Positions 48,747-63,482 of a stretch of 64,000 nt of DNA are shown here, one piece after another. The translations under genes and the position numbers were made by a program. The stretch covers positions 1,550,001 to 1,614,000 of the forward strand of contig NC_043011.1 of the NCBI RefSeq assembly GCF_006345805.1. Reading direction: 5' to 3'. Source of the DNA: Octopus sinensis (lineage: Eukaryota). The notes below the pieces were generated by a model, which worked only from the letters and a program-made list of their open reading frames with translations, ran no database searches and was not told the origin of the DNA. Position 1 is the stretch's first letter. Every line of letters starts with the position of its first letter.

Positions 48747-49160
48747 TTACAAACAATAACTCTGAGCACCCTTACAAACAATAACTCTGAGCACCTTTTC
48801 AAACTCCACGTGTCTAACACCCGTGGGCATATTTAGAAAGTCAGAAAACAGCACAGCTCCCATGACTTTAAGAAACATTTTTTCATGCTGAGAGTTGCTG
48901 AAGCATGGAACAAACTGCCGGCATCAGTTGTTAGTTGTCGGAGCACTGCATCCTTCAAAACTTCCATGCTTCCTGAGATTTGCCAACACTACACCTGATT
49001 TTCTCCCCTCCATACACATGCAAGCGTGTATCTGACTCATACATTGTTTGCTTTCTAGACATTTGTACATTACTGCATACACTTTATATGCACTTTCTGA
49101 CAAGTTGTGGTACACCTGAGCAGTGTATACAATAATTTCATTATTATCATTATTATTATC
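48747..49160 (+). mobile_element. CR1-group LINE 3' fragment
   Basis: NTRGH, RVAEAWNKLPASVV, SFKTS; (TTA)n tail; 24-bp tandem duplication at the 5' junction. Confidence 0.8.
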
Positions 49161-49162
49161 AC

Positions 49163-49386
49163 AAGGCGGCGAGCTGGCAGAAACGTTAGCAAAATGTTGA
49201 GCGGTATTTCATCTGCCGTTACGTTCTGAGTTCAAATTCCGTCAAGGTCAACTTTGCCTTTCATCCTTTCGGGGTCGATTAAATAAGTACCAGTTACGCA
49301 CTGCAGTCGATATGATCGACTTAATCCATTTGTCTGTCCTTGTTTGTCCCCTCTGTGTTTAACCCCTTGTGGGTAGTAAAGAAATA
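49163..49386 (+). mobile_element. SINE family 2 inserted in the CR1 tail
   Basis: Family homology; tattatcattattattat duplicated on both sides. Confidence 0.8.
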
Positions 49387-50496
49387 TATTATCATTATTA
49401 TTATTATTTCTAAGTTCCACCAATATTCTTTTAACCCATTGGTCTCAGTAATGTGTATACATGCCTGTATGCTTACGTGTATGAGTAAATAAATGTCTAT
49501 GTATGTGTTAATGATTTCTCATTGTTTTGAGGCTCTTTGTATGCTGCATCAAGCCGTTCCATTGTATTTACAGTGATGTCACTGTTTACATTCTATCATG
49601 AAAACATGTCCAACCATTGAGCCAGTCATTGATGAAGGACTGGGAGGAAATAGTACTTTACTTAAAAACTTGGGATGATTGGATACAGGAAGTGCATCAA
49701 TCATAGAATAACTACCCCTATAAATCTAACCTGACTTCTGTCTATAAGGAAATGTGAATGTTAAAATGATGGTGAGGAGGATGACAACAAAATACCTCAT
49801 ACCCGGCGGGTGGGAGGTGGAAACTGCAAAAGTGACACTTTCTTATTTCTTTTTCAGTAAATAAATTTTAGAATTTGTGGTTATGTAAAAAATAAACATT
49901 ATAAAGTTTTATGTCTGGAAAAGTTGAGAGAAGGAAAACATTTTTTCTATTGTTCCTAGAACAGACAAAATATAAATATAATAATGCTGAAAACTTAAAA
50001 AAGTTTTAATAGAAAAACTGAATTTTCTAAAATCAAACAAAAATTTGAGAATGAAAGTTGTTAATAACTGTCTTTGACATCATGTTTGAAGTTTCACAGC
50101 ATTTGCCCTTCTTCTGGCTATTCTGTATTTTTTTTTTTTTTTTTGTTATTAGCAGCAAAAGATGAAGTAAAAGAAAAAAAATCACAGAATTGCACTGGAT
50201 GTCTATCGAAGTTCATTATTGAACATCTGTGGCAATTCTGTAAATTTTATATATTGTATCTACACCAAGAAACAGTTTCATGTGTATTGGTGGTATTTAC
50301 TTGTGTGCAGTTTGACAATGTTTCTCTGATCACACTATTACTTCCTTTAAAGAAAGTCTGTTGCATGTGAGAATGTATGTTGGTGTGTAATTACGTGTTT
50401 GTGTACGTTTGTATACACATGTACACATGTATGTAGAATCAACAAGAGTATAGAGCAGACCGTCTTCTAAGTTGAAAAGGTAGTGAGCAACATTAA

Positions 50497-50690
50497 TCAT
50501 CATCATCATCATCTTCATCATTTAACGTCCGCTTTCCATGCTAGCATGGGTTGGACGATTTCACTGAGGTCTGGCAAACCAGACTCCAATCTGATCTGGC
50601 AGAGTTTCTACAGCTGGATGCCCTTCCTGACGCCAACCACTCCAAGAGTGTAGTGGGTGCTTTTTACGTGCCACCGGCATGAGGGCCAGT
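50497..50690 (-). mobile_element. RTE 3'-UTR family copy
   Basis: (CAT)n tail and family terminus. Confidence 0.8.
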
Positions 50691-52638
50691 TTGGTGGATT
50701 TCCTTATATTACCTCTTGGTTTTATTATCTTCCCCCTCCCACTACTTCTATTGAAACAGCTCTGGTGTCACATTTATTTACCTTTAAATTGATTTTTATT
50801 AATTTATGGAATTTAGTTGTGTCACACTCTAGTTTATCACCACACAACCACGTTATTGTTGACACTGCAAATGTGTTGTTAGCACTGAATGTTCTTTCTG
50901 TTTGGATAAGGCTTTAAATTTTTTTCAACTCTCTCAAATTATTCATTTCTTATTCTTGTGCAAACATTTTTCTCATACATACTTTTCCTTTCTTCTGTGC
51001 TCAAATATTTGTAGAATGTAAAATAGTGCAACACTTGTATTATCTCCCTTCCCAGGACTTCCAAATTATTGGCCCAGCTGGTCTGTCTACCTCATTAAAT
51101 TATCACTTTGCCTAACTCCATCCCACAAAATACTCCCTTGTTACATTAATTGCCAAAACTGATGAGACTCTTAAATGGGATTATTTGCAGCACACAGTTT
51201 TATGTAATCTTTGAAGAGAAAGACAATTTAATTATCAAAACTTATTAAAACTGGTTGACAATACAAGGAGACCCAGTTTCCCGGGGAAAAGTTTCAGCAT
51301 GAAAAGAAGAGATGCATGATGAAACACATATGATGAATTGAAAACAAGAAGTACTGTCTCCTTGGAATATTCCAGTAGATATACCTGTGAGACTGGAGCT
51401 TGCAGTCATGGTATTTAGAGGATTAGCAGAATCCTGAGAGCATCGGGTAAAATGTCTTATTGTATTTGTTCCAGCTCTTTCACTATGACTTCTAACCAAG
51501 TGAAATGAGTTCTTACTTCTTTGTTGGCATTTAGTGGGTTATATTTTTGTCATCTAGTACTCAGGGCCCAAATTACAGTTACAGTTATAACATTTGCATT
51601 ATTAATTTTTTTTTCTCTTAATTTGGCATTTAATCTATCCTGTATCAACAATATACGAACCTGCAAAATATTTGGGTTAATTCTAGTTGAAAGGTTTGGG
51701 AGCTTGGTAAACACTGTAAGGAATCAGTCTAAAAGTGTTGCTGTTTTTGGTTCAGTCATTTACTAATTAAAGTCATGCTGAAACTAACTGTCCTTGCTTT
51801 TATCATCAATGAAATATTTATCTGTAATATACAGGAGTTTATTCTATCACAAAATATGCATCTCATCTCTTCAAAGGCTGATTTTGTGCCCACTAGGGTA
51901 AAAATGTAGATTTTAGGTTTTCCAGCTGGGATATGAAAAAGCAAATATACATTGTGGTTGAGAAATGTTAGAAAATCAAATAATTAAAAATAATTAAAAC
52001 ATAATACATATCTTTTTCATGTTGCCTATATTTCTCTTGAAACCTTAAGAACCTTAAATATAAATTCTCTTACAAAATACTTTAAAACTGGGTATATTAA
52101 GGAGAAATGCTAATGATAGAGATGTTGGGACAAACTCTGTACATATGTACAAATTCCAATTATTTTAATGCACAATAGTTTCAGACAAGGAATTCTAATT
52201 TTGGTGGTGGAAGAGTTGGTGGCTGAAAGTCATTGTGCTGGAGATTGTTATTATTTAAATTTGGTTATTCTTATTCCACTTCTTAAATTGCTATTTTAAT
52301 CAAACACAGCATTTACTTAGGATTAAAACTATCCAACCACAGTATTTACAGATTTTATAAATACATCATTAGAAAATTGTTTATAATTTTTCTATTTTCA
52401 CGCTCTAAGAGGAATCAAAGAACACTGGCATTTGGTCTGTCTGTCTGTTTCTGTCTTTGTCTTTGTCAGTTTGTCTGTCTATCTGTCTGCCTCTCTCTCT
52501 CTCTCTCTTCTTGTGCCATGTCTACAAGCATGACCAATCTTGGACAGCCGTACCAAAGTGAAGATTAAGATTTTTGGGGGTGAGGAATACTGATGATATT
52601 TCCCATTGCCTGCTGCCAGTTTATTTACAGTTTGCACT

Positions 52639-52946
52639 ATTTTTTTTTGTTGTTGTTTGTTCCTTCTCGAGCTCATAAGTGCCAGTTTCCTGGATTCTTG
52701 GCGTATAGGTTCCCCACCTGGACGGGACGCCGGTCCATCGCAGGTGAGCTGCAAGATGCAGGAGGAAAGAGTGAGAGAAAGTTGTGGCAAAAGAGTCAGC
52801 GGAAGTTTCGCCATTATCTTCTGCCAGAGCCGCATGGAGCTTATGTGTTTCATTCATAAACACACACATCGTCCGGTCTGAGATTCGAACCCATGATCCC
52901 TCGACCATGAGTCCGCTGCTCTAACCACTTGGCCATGTGCCTCCAC
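52639..52946 (-). mobile_element. tRNA-derived SINE family 3 (V-domain-like core)
   Basis: TGGCCAAGTGG A-box, GGTTCGAATC B-box, CCTGCGATGGACCGGCGTCCCGTCCAGG core, (CAA)n tail. Confidence 0.75.
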
Positions 52947-53796
52947 AGTTTACTCCATTGACCTCCTTTCATTCCTAAGCTTACACTTGAGATACAGGAA
53001 CTATTTAACTTTAAGGCAAAAGACTGTTTCACATGACATCAGGATATGTCTACATACATGTCTAAGGGCCAGCCCTCCTTAATCCTGTATATCTTAATGA
53101 TTTCTTTACTTCTTGAACTTAGTCTCATATGTAAAATATTTTAAAATTTCTTAGTTAATCTCCAGAGTTAAAAATTTTTCAATAAATATTCTTAAAACAG
53201 TGTTATGCAGTCGTACATATTAAGAAGCCTTACTGAAAGTTTAAAGGTTAAATTTCACAGTTGAAAGGATGACAAGAATGCCATTAAAGTGATAGAAATA
53301 GATCACTTTGAAGAATTTTGATCACAGAATATCTATATTTTATTCCTTTATCAATGATTCTGTATGTTTCTATGTTAAATCAATAACACTATATATTATA
53401 CAGTTTTCCATTATAAGATATCAGTTTCATAAAAAAGATATTTTCATCTTCAAACCAACGTTTGTATTGATGTGTAATAGATGTTTGACTGCTGATTGAT
53501 GTGTGTAACAAAATGCTAGCATCGCTGCAGTCAGCAGTCTTTCTTTAAAGTTTGATTATGTTTTACTAGATTTGAGAGCAAACTTGCTTTACAGAAAATG
53601 GGATACAGTTGACTGACTATACTCTGATAAATATGTGGCACTTATCAACTTTTGAAGTAAGAATGATAAAATCAGCTTAGAGGGAAGAACAACCAGTAGG
53701 AAGGAATAGTGAAATTGACCAAAGTATGATTTGAACTCAGGAGAAATAAGAACAAGGCTTATTACTCTAATATATTTAGTCTAGTGCTGTATTATA

Positions 53797-54213
53797 AGGA
53801 TCTTTTTGGTTTGAACGGCAGTTTTTAACATAATTTCTAGGTAACTAAAAAATTTTAATCTTCGTATAATAGTAGAATGTGTTTATAAAACATCTTTTTC
53901 TCTTGGCTTTATTGAGAAAATTCTATAGTTTGTAAGATATTTGTTGTTTTCTTTCTTCAATTTCTGCAATTTCAACCAATCAGTGACGTCTATTGAGGTA
54001 AAAAACATTCTGTGCCGTATGAATATATCCCTCATTTAAGAAACAGATTGGGTTTATTTACATTTGTGAAAAAAAAAAGATACCCTCCCCCACCCCTAAC
54101 CTTAACCCTAAAGCAGATAGAAATGCAATAGATCGATACTAGGGTCATAATTATGGGTGACAATTTCATATGACACCGCTAGAAAAAACTGCCGTTCAAA
54201 CCGAAAATATCCG
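53797..54213. mobile_element. Tc1/mariner-type MITE
   Basis: ~29-bp TIRs (ggat..tt(t/c)ggtttgaacggcagttttt), TA on both sides. Confidence 0.8.
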
Positions 54214-54554
54214 TATTATAATTACCTCACTTCATTTGCAATAACAGACAGTATTTTATTTTGTTATTAATTTTATAATGTTGTCAGTGAACAAGAGCAT
54301 TGTTGGTTACAGGTTTCTAATGAACCACTCATGATTTACAGTATTACCAAAGGTGGACATGAAAATGAATGATACAATTATTTAGGTTACATGATAGACT
54401 TAGTTCAGTGCCCAGTTTAACACCACCACCTCCGTTTCTTGGACACTTTTACTGGAATATACTTCATTCTCTCTTGCAATCATTCAGGACAGGCTTCTAG
54501 TCTGGTGATAACTCCCTTCTTTCTCTGAAGACGACCATTGGCAATACTGTCCAT

Positions 54555-54905
54555 TTCTTCTTCTTACAGCATTCACCCGGGGTGGGTTGAGCTGGCTTCA
54601 TTCATCCTCAATGCTGCATCTCTCACAAACACTGACCAGGCCTGGCGATTTTAGGCTAACGACCGCGTGATCTCCAACCACTCCTTATTCCAGTGGTGAA
54701 CACCATAGATATGGGGGCCTAGGTTGGGTTCCAGATCAGCCTTGACTGTCATCAGCCAGGTTTTTCGTTGTCCACCACATCGCTTTTGCCAACCCTGAAG
54801 GGGAGCTGGGGCAATTGCTTCGTAGATGAATTCTCCTGGTTGACAACGGAGGGCATGACCCAGCCAACGCAGATGTCTTGTTAGGATGTGATTCTGACAA
54901 AAGTA
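54555..54905 (-). mobile_element. RTE LINE 3' fragment
   Basis: RHLRWLGHALR, GGQRKTW, (AGA)n tail. Confidence 0.85.
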
Positions 54906-55551
54906 TTCCATCCACCAAAAAAGAAAAAGAAGAGCTTAACTCTACTTGAGACTACAGGTTGATATTGCCCAGTCATTAAATTTTAAACATTATGTAATAA
55001 TAATGCTTCATAGTTTTCAGGTCATCTTCCCTGCACTATCTAGTAATAAAATGCCTTTTGTTCATCTGACTATTATACAAACTTTGCATTTGTATCTCAT
55101 ATGTTGAATGCTCTTTCTTTTATTTATGAAGAGTATCTTATCTGATAGTGTGTGTGTGTATATAATACACACACACACACAAATACATCATCTATTTATT
55201 TTTCAGCCTGCCTGCCTGTATGTATGTATGTATATATATATATATATATATAATATTTTATAATTACGTGTATAATTTTGTTTTGTCCGGGAGTCTCTTC
55301 TTATGGTAGAAGAAATAGCTAAGGTTCTTTGGCTGCTATTTCTAAACTTCGGTATGTGGTAAAGCAAATCTTTGCTGAACCCTAATTATAATTATACTCC
55401 TAATTATAAAATATTGTTTAAGTTTACCGAAAAATGGTCCTTTTTCATGCCGAATTCTACTTGGTGGGATTATTAATTACTAGTTAATTAATTAATTTTA
55501 CCCTTTATTATTATTGATTATATATATATATATATATATATATAAGATAGA

Positions 55552-55583
<32 letters not shown>

Positions 55584-56642
55584 TAATCCTTTCTCCCCAC
55601 ACATCACTGTTGATGTTGATTGATTCTCACCAGTCTCTCTCTCTCTCTTTCTCTCTTACTCTTCATCACTGGTAACCTTTCCCTTCAACCTCTGAACCTG
55701 GGTCTCTCTCTCTCTGTCATCACCCTACCAATTACTCTTTGGACATGCTTAATGTGAAATAACAGTGATAATGTAAATTAAAGAGAGCTATTTTGTCTTA
55801 CATGGAACCACATAAACACTTTAATGCTTGGGCCACTGTAGAATGCTCTACGTAAAGTAATTAGTAAATGAATGGAAGTGAAGTAGAGAAGAGAAGAATA
55901 TTTGTCTAGCTGAGGACCTGACAACCTCTCTAGTGCTTTTGCCTTGATAAAGTACACTCAGTATACTCTAGAGTGTGGTTGATGTTTGTAAGAACATTCA
56001 GTCTTAGAGACTATGTCAAATATAGGATGAACAAGTGAGACATGGTCTTCCAAACTTTTTAGTGGGAGGGGTAAGAAATCTTGATAACTAATTTGGACTA
56101 TGATGACCCATCGAACCTATGCCAAATTATATGATGGGTCGAAAAAGATGATGATGATGGCGGTGGTGGCAGTATTGGCATTGGCATTGGTATTGGATGG
56201 GAAATTGATATACATGCATATTGAATTTTGCATACTTTTTTTACTTTGTCTTATGTGATATACCTGCTATAATGATAATGGATTCTCCCTCAATTTCAAT
56301 GAGTATTCCCATTGTTTGATCAATAGAACAGGTAACTCTTTTTAATTAACATGCAAGTGGATGGGTATTCTACAGAGACAGGTACTCTTAATGTGATTTT
56401 CAAGCAAAATCTACATGATACTTTATGGGACCAAGGTGGAATTTAAATCACAGGTACTGCTCACCTGATGAGCCTCGACATAGTTTCTGTCAGCTCAGTT
56501 TCTCTCTAAATTTTTTTAGGTTGACCTACGATTGCGATGAGAGAGATTTACCTAAGATACCATGTGATGGGATTGAACCTGGACCTCATAGCTGTCAACA
56601 GAATTTCTTAGTCACTTGGCCATACTACACCCACTATACATA

Positions 56643-56997
56643 TCTCTCTATATATAAATGGCAAAATGTCTGTGTGTGTGTCCTTTATACAAATTCACAA
56701 TTTTTCAGTTAGAAGGCCCGCACTTTCTATGGTTATTTAAAACTGTCCAAGGGTGATCGTGCACATCTTTACATTTCCCCAGTCACCCCGCAAAAGCATT
56801 AAAAAATCAATAGAAGTGACTTTTTTGTGAATTTTCTATCCAAAACCCAATCAAAATGCCCAAAACTTGATACGCCAATTGAATGCCAGCTACCTGTATG
56901 TGATTGGTCGGAAATTTGGACATGTACATGCACACACACGCAGCTGTATATGCATGCAGTAGCACTATGACCCGGCGTTACCAGGTCATAGTGCTAG
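56643..56997 (+). mobile_element. Non-autonomous Helitron
   Basis: A|TC start, terminal hairpin tagcactatgacc...ggtcatagtgCTAG|T. Confidence 0.8.
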
Positions 56998-59900
56998 TTT
57001 GGTATAAAAGAAAAACATATAATAACTCATCCAAACTTCAACTGTTCACAAATTCACATCTGATGCCATCTGCTGTTACTGTCTTTGACAGTAGCCTTTC
57101 AGTGGCCATGTAACAGAATTTATCCAGTAATTGAATCATTACTGGACATGGTTATATGCATGGATAGATTGTGTATTGTTCAGTATCAGCATGTTAATTG
57201 AAATAGTTTATTACTTCACTATAAGCAGTGAATTGTTCAATTTGGCAAGACATGAGGAAAATTTAAAATATCCTTTATCACATGAGGGATCTTCAAATTA
57301 TTTCTGTGATGTGAGCTTTGTCTTCATGTAATGCATCAAAGATAAGATGGGGCTACTATTTATGGCTGCACAATTGCAAAGAGGAGTAAAAGTAGAAAGA
57401 CTGGTTCAGATAGGAATGGAATCTGCATCTTATGTAATTATGACCAAATTAACAATTTAATTATAATTGTTTTTTTATGAACAAATCACTATGTCTCCTT
57501 TGCTCACCAACCCAATTAACCCAGATGTTTTCCCTCAAAGTGAAAACAACGGAAATAATGAAATCCACCATTTTACTACTTCAATGTAGTCAGCAATCCC
57601 TTTATAATTAGATTTTTAGAATAGTTAAGTTCTTTCTTCTGAAACTATGGAAGTTCACAGATACTGTTACATTTCTTTTGAGTCTTTTTGAATTATTTGA
57701 AACTTTATGTCTTTGTTAAATTGTTAGCATTTACATTGCAAAATGCCAAACTCATCTTATTGAGGAACATGAAATTACTGTTAATTAACAGTTAATTTCA
57801 CTGATTCATTACTTTTAGTAGTGGTAGAATTTTGTATCTAATTAAAGATTCATAAAAGTGTGCTACCTCCTGAGATGTCAGGGAATAAATAGCTTATTAC
57901 TTGACTTGTTAAGGAGGTAATATTGTCAGTAATACAAGGGGTTGTTAAATGTGAATAAGAAACTTGCACTGAAATTAATGAGTGCAAAGGATAGACATGG
58001 ATGGCATTTGTCAATATTATTACCAACATCATCACATTCACATCTCTATCACTACCATCATCACCACCACCACCAACTCACTATTACCATCATCACCACT
58101 TATGTTGTTGCTGCTGCCACCACCACTTCCACCAGCAAACCATCATCATGACATGATCATCATTATTTTTTTTTTATTGTATTGTCTGTTTTTTTTTTTT
58201 AATATTTCTGTGTTTACGTAGGTTAACAAAGAAGTAAAAAAACAATAACTCTATCTACAATAGTCTCTACACTATTCTATAGTTTATATTTCAGAAAATA
58301 TTTACTGAGTGTTGGTGGGGGAAAAAATTGACCACTGACTGCATGTTAATCCGGGTTAAAGTGGACTGGGGCAAAAATACTGTAAATATAGGAGACAATG
58401 GTTTGTTTGAAATACTGGCCAATAGGATACAAATCAGCATGGGGATTGCTTTACAGTAGTTCAATTAGTTAGCTAGACATACTAGCTATATTTACTTTAA
58501 ATCATGAACCATATCTTAAAAAATTGGAAGAAAATATTAGATATTAGAATCCTTAAAATGCAAAACGATTGGTTGGTCATGACTGGAATGCTTTTGATTA
58601 TAGATCCACTCAGTACTGATCTTGGATGGGAAAATACTGCAAGACAGCAACGTTGTGATGAATGCTTGTTGTACATAAGGAGCTCAATGTGTGATACAGT
58701 ATTGAGCACTAACCAAAGATATAATCTGTGTTCAGAAACATTAGTTCCAATTCAAGGCAGACTGAAGTGATAGGTAACTTTGTTTTAGGAGTGATTTGTC
58801 TTTTATATTTGCTGTTTATCCATAAACACACTTGAACACAGAGTTAATGGAAGCATGATAATTATATAATCAAATAATAATATGATTAAATATATTAATA
58901 AGTTTTACCTACACAGAAGGAGATACAATTTATATTGATTTATTTCACTTACTAATATATATACTTGCAGCAGGTAATTGTCTTTACTATGGAAAACTTT
59001 AAAGAACTACAAACGAATAGGTTCTTTTTGAAGAGAGCACTTGTACATCAGATCACCTCAATCAGTTTAAGCTTTCAACGTTCACTTTTCACCAACATTT
59101 TGCTCATCTTTTGTAAAATGACATAGGTTAGAAAGGTTTACAAATTTCCATGTTTGTTGGTTCATGACTTGTTGTTCTAAATGTAATCTAATCTTATTGA
59201 AACAGAACTGGCATCCTTTGTTGATATAATAATTAGAGTATGATGTCTTGTTAAATATTCAGCAAAATTCATATACAAGGGAGTGTGGAAAGTTCCTTGC
59301 TTTAAGGGTGTCATGAATGGCTTGGCTGACATCAATATCAGCAGTGACATATGAATTTAAAGAACTTGAAATTTTGATATGCTTGGCTTAAAAAGGTTGC
59401 TATCACTCTCTTTAGTGCTTTCATACAAAAGTTACATGCAAGTTTAAATATGTTTATATAAAAATAAACAATATTTTATATGTTCTGTGAGGAAATGTAT
59501 ATTTAAGTATAATCTTCTGACTAATTATTGATGTCAATGGGATTATGGTAGAAACTACAAGATAAAATAATGCTTCCGTGATAATTTTATCAATAACCAA
59601 GTTACAACTAAGTGATTGCTGATCTATTTTATATATCATTGGAATATTTTCATTCAAGAGAAATACATGATCTAGAAACAATAATCTTTAATAATTGATT
59701 TAATATGCTTTCTTTTCTGCTGCTATTCTTTTGTTATTCATGAATTGTGTATAAAACAAATTTATATCTTTTCACTATTACTGACAAGCCATCTGCTGTT
59801 AGACATTTCAATAGGAATTATTAAATCATCATAATAGAATTCTTCCATTTTGAGAAAGAAAAAAACATGTTCAATTGGAATCAGTCAACTTTATCTGACA

Positions 59901-60692
59901 ATAGAAATAAGTGTTCTACTGAAATAAGTCCCTGTTTATGGATATTATTTTAAACTAATGCTAGAGATTTTTTTTTAAAGGTTTTGCATAATGCATTAAC
60001 TTTCCATCAGCACATTATCTTTCTATACTAACTGTGTCACAACAAGACACCAGAGAAATAACAGAAGGAAATAATATAATAATCATTGATATTTTGTAAC
60101 TTATTTCTGGTTTATTTGATTTTTTTTTATTGCTCTCAGACAATTTTGCAAATGGTAGTTCCTGACTGATTTTTTTTGTTTTTTGTCTTATTTACTCAAA
60201 CCATTTTAGATTCTACATTATTTTATGTTGTAGTTTCCTTTTTTTAAAAAAATTTTACATCTGCCATACCACAAGACATTTAGCTGCCAACCAACTGTTG
60301 CGGTGTTAAATTTTCATTCATCACTCCATTTGATCTGTCAATATATCGTGTTAAAGCTTCTTTTAACAATCTCTAGAAGAGATTTTATTTAGACTTTATA
60401 TGACTTCCGAATTATTTATAGTCAACGTAATCTTTAGAAAGAAGACTAGAGATCAGTATTAAATTTAAAACTTTACAAATATATCACAATTGAAAGTATA
60501 TTTAATGTAAGTAAACTCATGTTTTATTATTATTTTCATTTTGATAATAGAAAAAAAGTGACTATGAAAATGTCATCTCGAGAAGATTAGTGAAGAATGG
60601 ATAGATATTATAGTTTCGTTATTAAAAGAAGCTTACAACCAACACCATTGAAAAAATTGTACATCAAAACCAATAATGTGTCCATTGAACAC

Positions 60693-60900
60693 ATCATCAC
60701 CATCATCATCATCATTTAATGTTTGTGATCAATGTTGGGTGTTTGGGTGTTTTAACAGGATCCAATGCATCCAAGGACTGCATTGTGCTCTGATGTTTAT
60801 TTCGGCATTGTTTCTATGGATGCACTTCCTAATGTCAACTACTTTACAGTGTGGGCTGAGTGCTTTTTTATCCTATCACCTACACTTCTGAGGTCACCTT
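60693..60900 (-). mobile_element. Degenerate RTE 3'-UTR family copy
   Basis: (CAT)n tail, tggatgcacttcctaatgtcaac. Confidence 0.55.
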
Positions 60901-62161
60901 GCAGCTTGACGAACTACAAACCCCATGTTAGGTGACAAAAAGATTGAACTATGAGAAGTGTGTGTGTGGTGGTGGTGGTGGTGGTGGTGTGTGTGTGCTG
61001 GGGCTGCAGTGCAGGTTCTTGTCCAGAATCTGCATGGCTGCTCACATTGAGTAGAGTAAAGGTAGAGAAAGGAAAATGAATGGTAGAAGTTGCAAAAAGC
61101 AGATAATGGTGGGGGGCCTGGCTGGCTCCAAGAGGTACAAAGTGAATTGAAGATTCAGTTTTCAAGGCTGTATGGAAAGGGGATGAAGGGGTGAGGAAGC
61201 AGACTGCCAAAATGGGTAAGAAGCTATGAGTTGGGGTGGGGATAGAGAGATGCAAAATTAATAGGGTGAGTAGCAAAAGTAGTAAAGATGATACAACTAT
61301 CAGAGGGGGAAGACATGTTTGGATAGTCTAAGGAGCCAGGGATGGAGTAGAGGCGAGCCTAATGCATGGGAGTAGGGTGATGAGTCGCTGTAATGTGATC
61401 AGAAAGCAGAATATATAACATTTCTGAGACTCAGGTTTGGTGATGAAGGTGGGTCTTTTTGAGAATCTCATAGTGCCAGAGATCCTGGTCCTTTGTCATA
61501 TTCTCTGTCAGGCTCAGGGCCCTGGGGTCAGTCTTAAACACTTCGCTCCATATCTTTCAGGGTTTCAAATTTAGACATAAAATTCAGTGCTAGTGACTAT
61601 GTATGGCTCAATCAATATTCTTATTTTTAAGGTATTAAAACCTTTTTTCATATTAGCAAATACTCAACTAGTTTTGTTTTTCTACAAAGCATGATTGATG
61701 CTGTTTTTGTACATATTCCTTCATACCTAATCTTCAGAAATAAATGCCCCCAAAGTCCAAAGAACTCTTAAAGACTGCACTTAAGTCTGGTAATTAGGTA
61801 CCAAGCAGATGTTGTAATAATAGTTACTTTCAGTATTGATGTACTCTAAATAACTTATATTTAAGTAGTTATTATCAGATATACTCCAAATACAGCTTAT
61901 TTGAATGCTAATGATCTAATAATCCTCTATCATAGCTAAAAGCAACAACATTAACTGTTGCCTGAAAATTTGTAGAGAAATCCCATTTTCATATCTCCAC
62001 AATAAATGTTGTTGTTGTAGTTATTGTTTAATCAGAAGTCGACACTGATTGAACAGAGCTATGATCAAAAGCATTCTAGCCATGACAATCCTGTCTGTTT
62101 ATGACAATGTCTAAAGTTAATTCATAAACTAAAGTATAATTTATTTAAAACAATAAGACTC

Positions 62162-62360
62162 ACTGGCCCCCGTGCCGGTGGCACGTAAAAAGCACCCACT
62201 ACACTCTCGGAGTGGTTAGCGTTAGGAAGGGCATTCAGCTGTAGAAACTCTGCCAAATCGAGATTGGAGCCTGATGCAGCCATCTGGTTTGCCAGCCCTC
62301 AGTCAAAATCGTCCAACCCATGCTAGCATGGAAAGCGGACGTTAAACGATGATGATGATG
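62162..62360 (+). mobile_element. RTE 3'-UTR family copy
   Basis: Family terminus and (GAT)n tail. Confidence 0.8.
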
Positions 62361-63482
62361 AATAAGATGCAATTCAAGGGAGATGAGATTTTGGTGTTAT
62401 TTGTAGCAGATCAAGTAACCTCCTTTAAAGGTTCGCCCCATGTAAATATATCAGTTAAAGGTTAACACCAGTCAATGTACTACAAGTACAGATATACGAA
62501 CTATAATAATCTTAACAGCATCTCAGCAGAGACATTTAAACATCTAAGTCGGTGATCCTGAATCCATTTGACATCATGATGCACTGGAGATCAAGCAAAA
62601 ATATTACTGGTGCACCATGCACAGAAAGTTTTAAAAAAACTAGTTCAAATTTAAAATTTAAAGAAATATATAGAAAACTGTCACACATGTTATTCTATTA
62701 ATCATACAGGTGTATGATAAATTTATGAGCAACACAGTTTCAAACATTTGTACAGATTTTTAAAAACTGAAACCTTTAATTATATTTTTGAAAATCTTTA
62801 GTACACTTAGAAACCCCTTGCAGCACATCAGTACACTGCTTTTGAAACATTAGTCTATATAGATGTGTAATATGTAACTTAAAAGCTCAGGGATGCATTT
62901 TCACCATGTTAATCACAATGTGAAGTAGTCTGATGCATTATTGCAAAACTTTTCATGTCTCTTGAAAATTTCTGTTTTCTGTATTTTTTCTAATATTTCT
63001 TTTGAGTTGCTTTCATACTTTCATTTAACATCGATCTTAAAAAAGAAGTTGTTAGGAGTATGCATGAATGTATGTATGTGTGTGTTGGCACTTTCATGTA
63101 TAAAGATAAAAGTAAATTAATATTGTATCGGATGTGCACTTTACATGGAACAATTTCTACTTTAAACTACTCACAGATTTAATTTATTTTCCCAAAACTG
63201 TTTTAATCATCTCAGGTGTCTATGTGGAAGGATGGGGTTATTACCTGAACTTAAATATTCCTGTTATATAATTATTTCAAATTATTTAGTAGATATAGTG
63301 ATGCATCACCAATGGCTGTGGCCATGTTGGGGCACCGCTTAGTGTCAACCGATTTAACTCAGGTACATATTTTAAGCCTGATACTTATTCTGTTGGTCTT
63401 TCCCCAACTCTGAGAAATTAAGTTATGGGGAGAGAAACAAGCACTAATTATCATGTAATGAGAAACAAACAGACGCACACAC

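Noticed and set aside
60914-61500. 120-aa minus-strand ORF, possibly a LINE endonuclease relic
   Set aside because: No diagnostic motif readable with confidence
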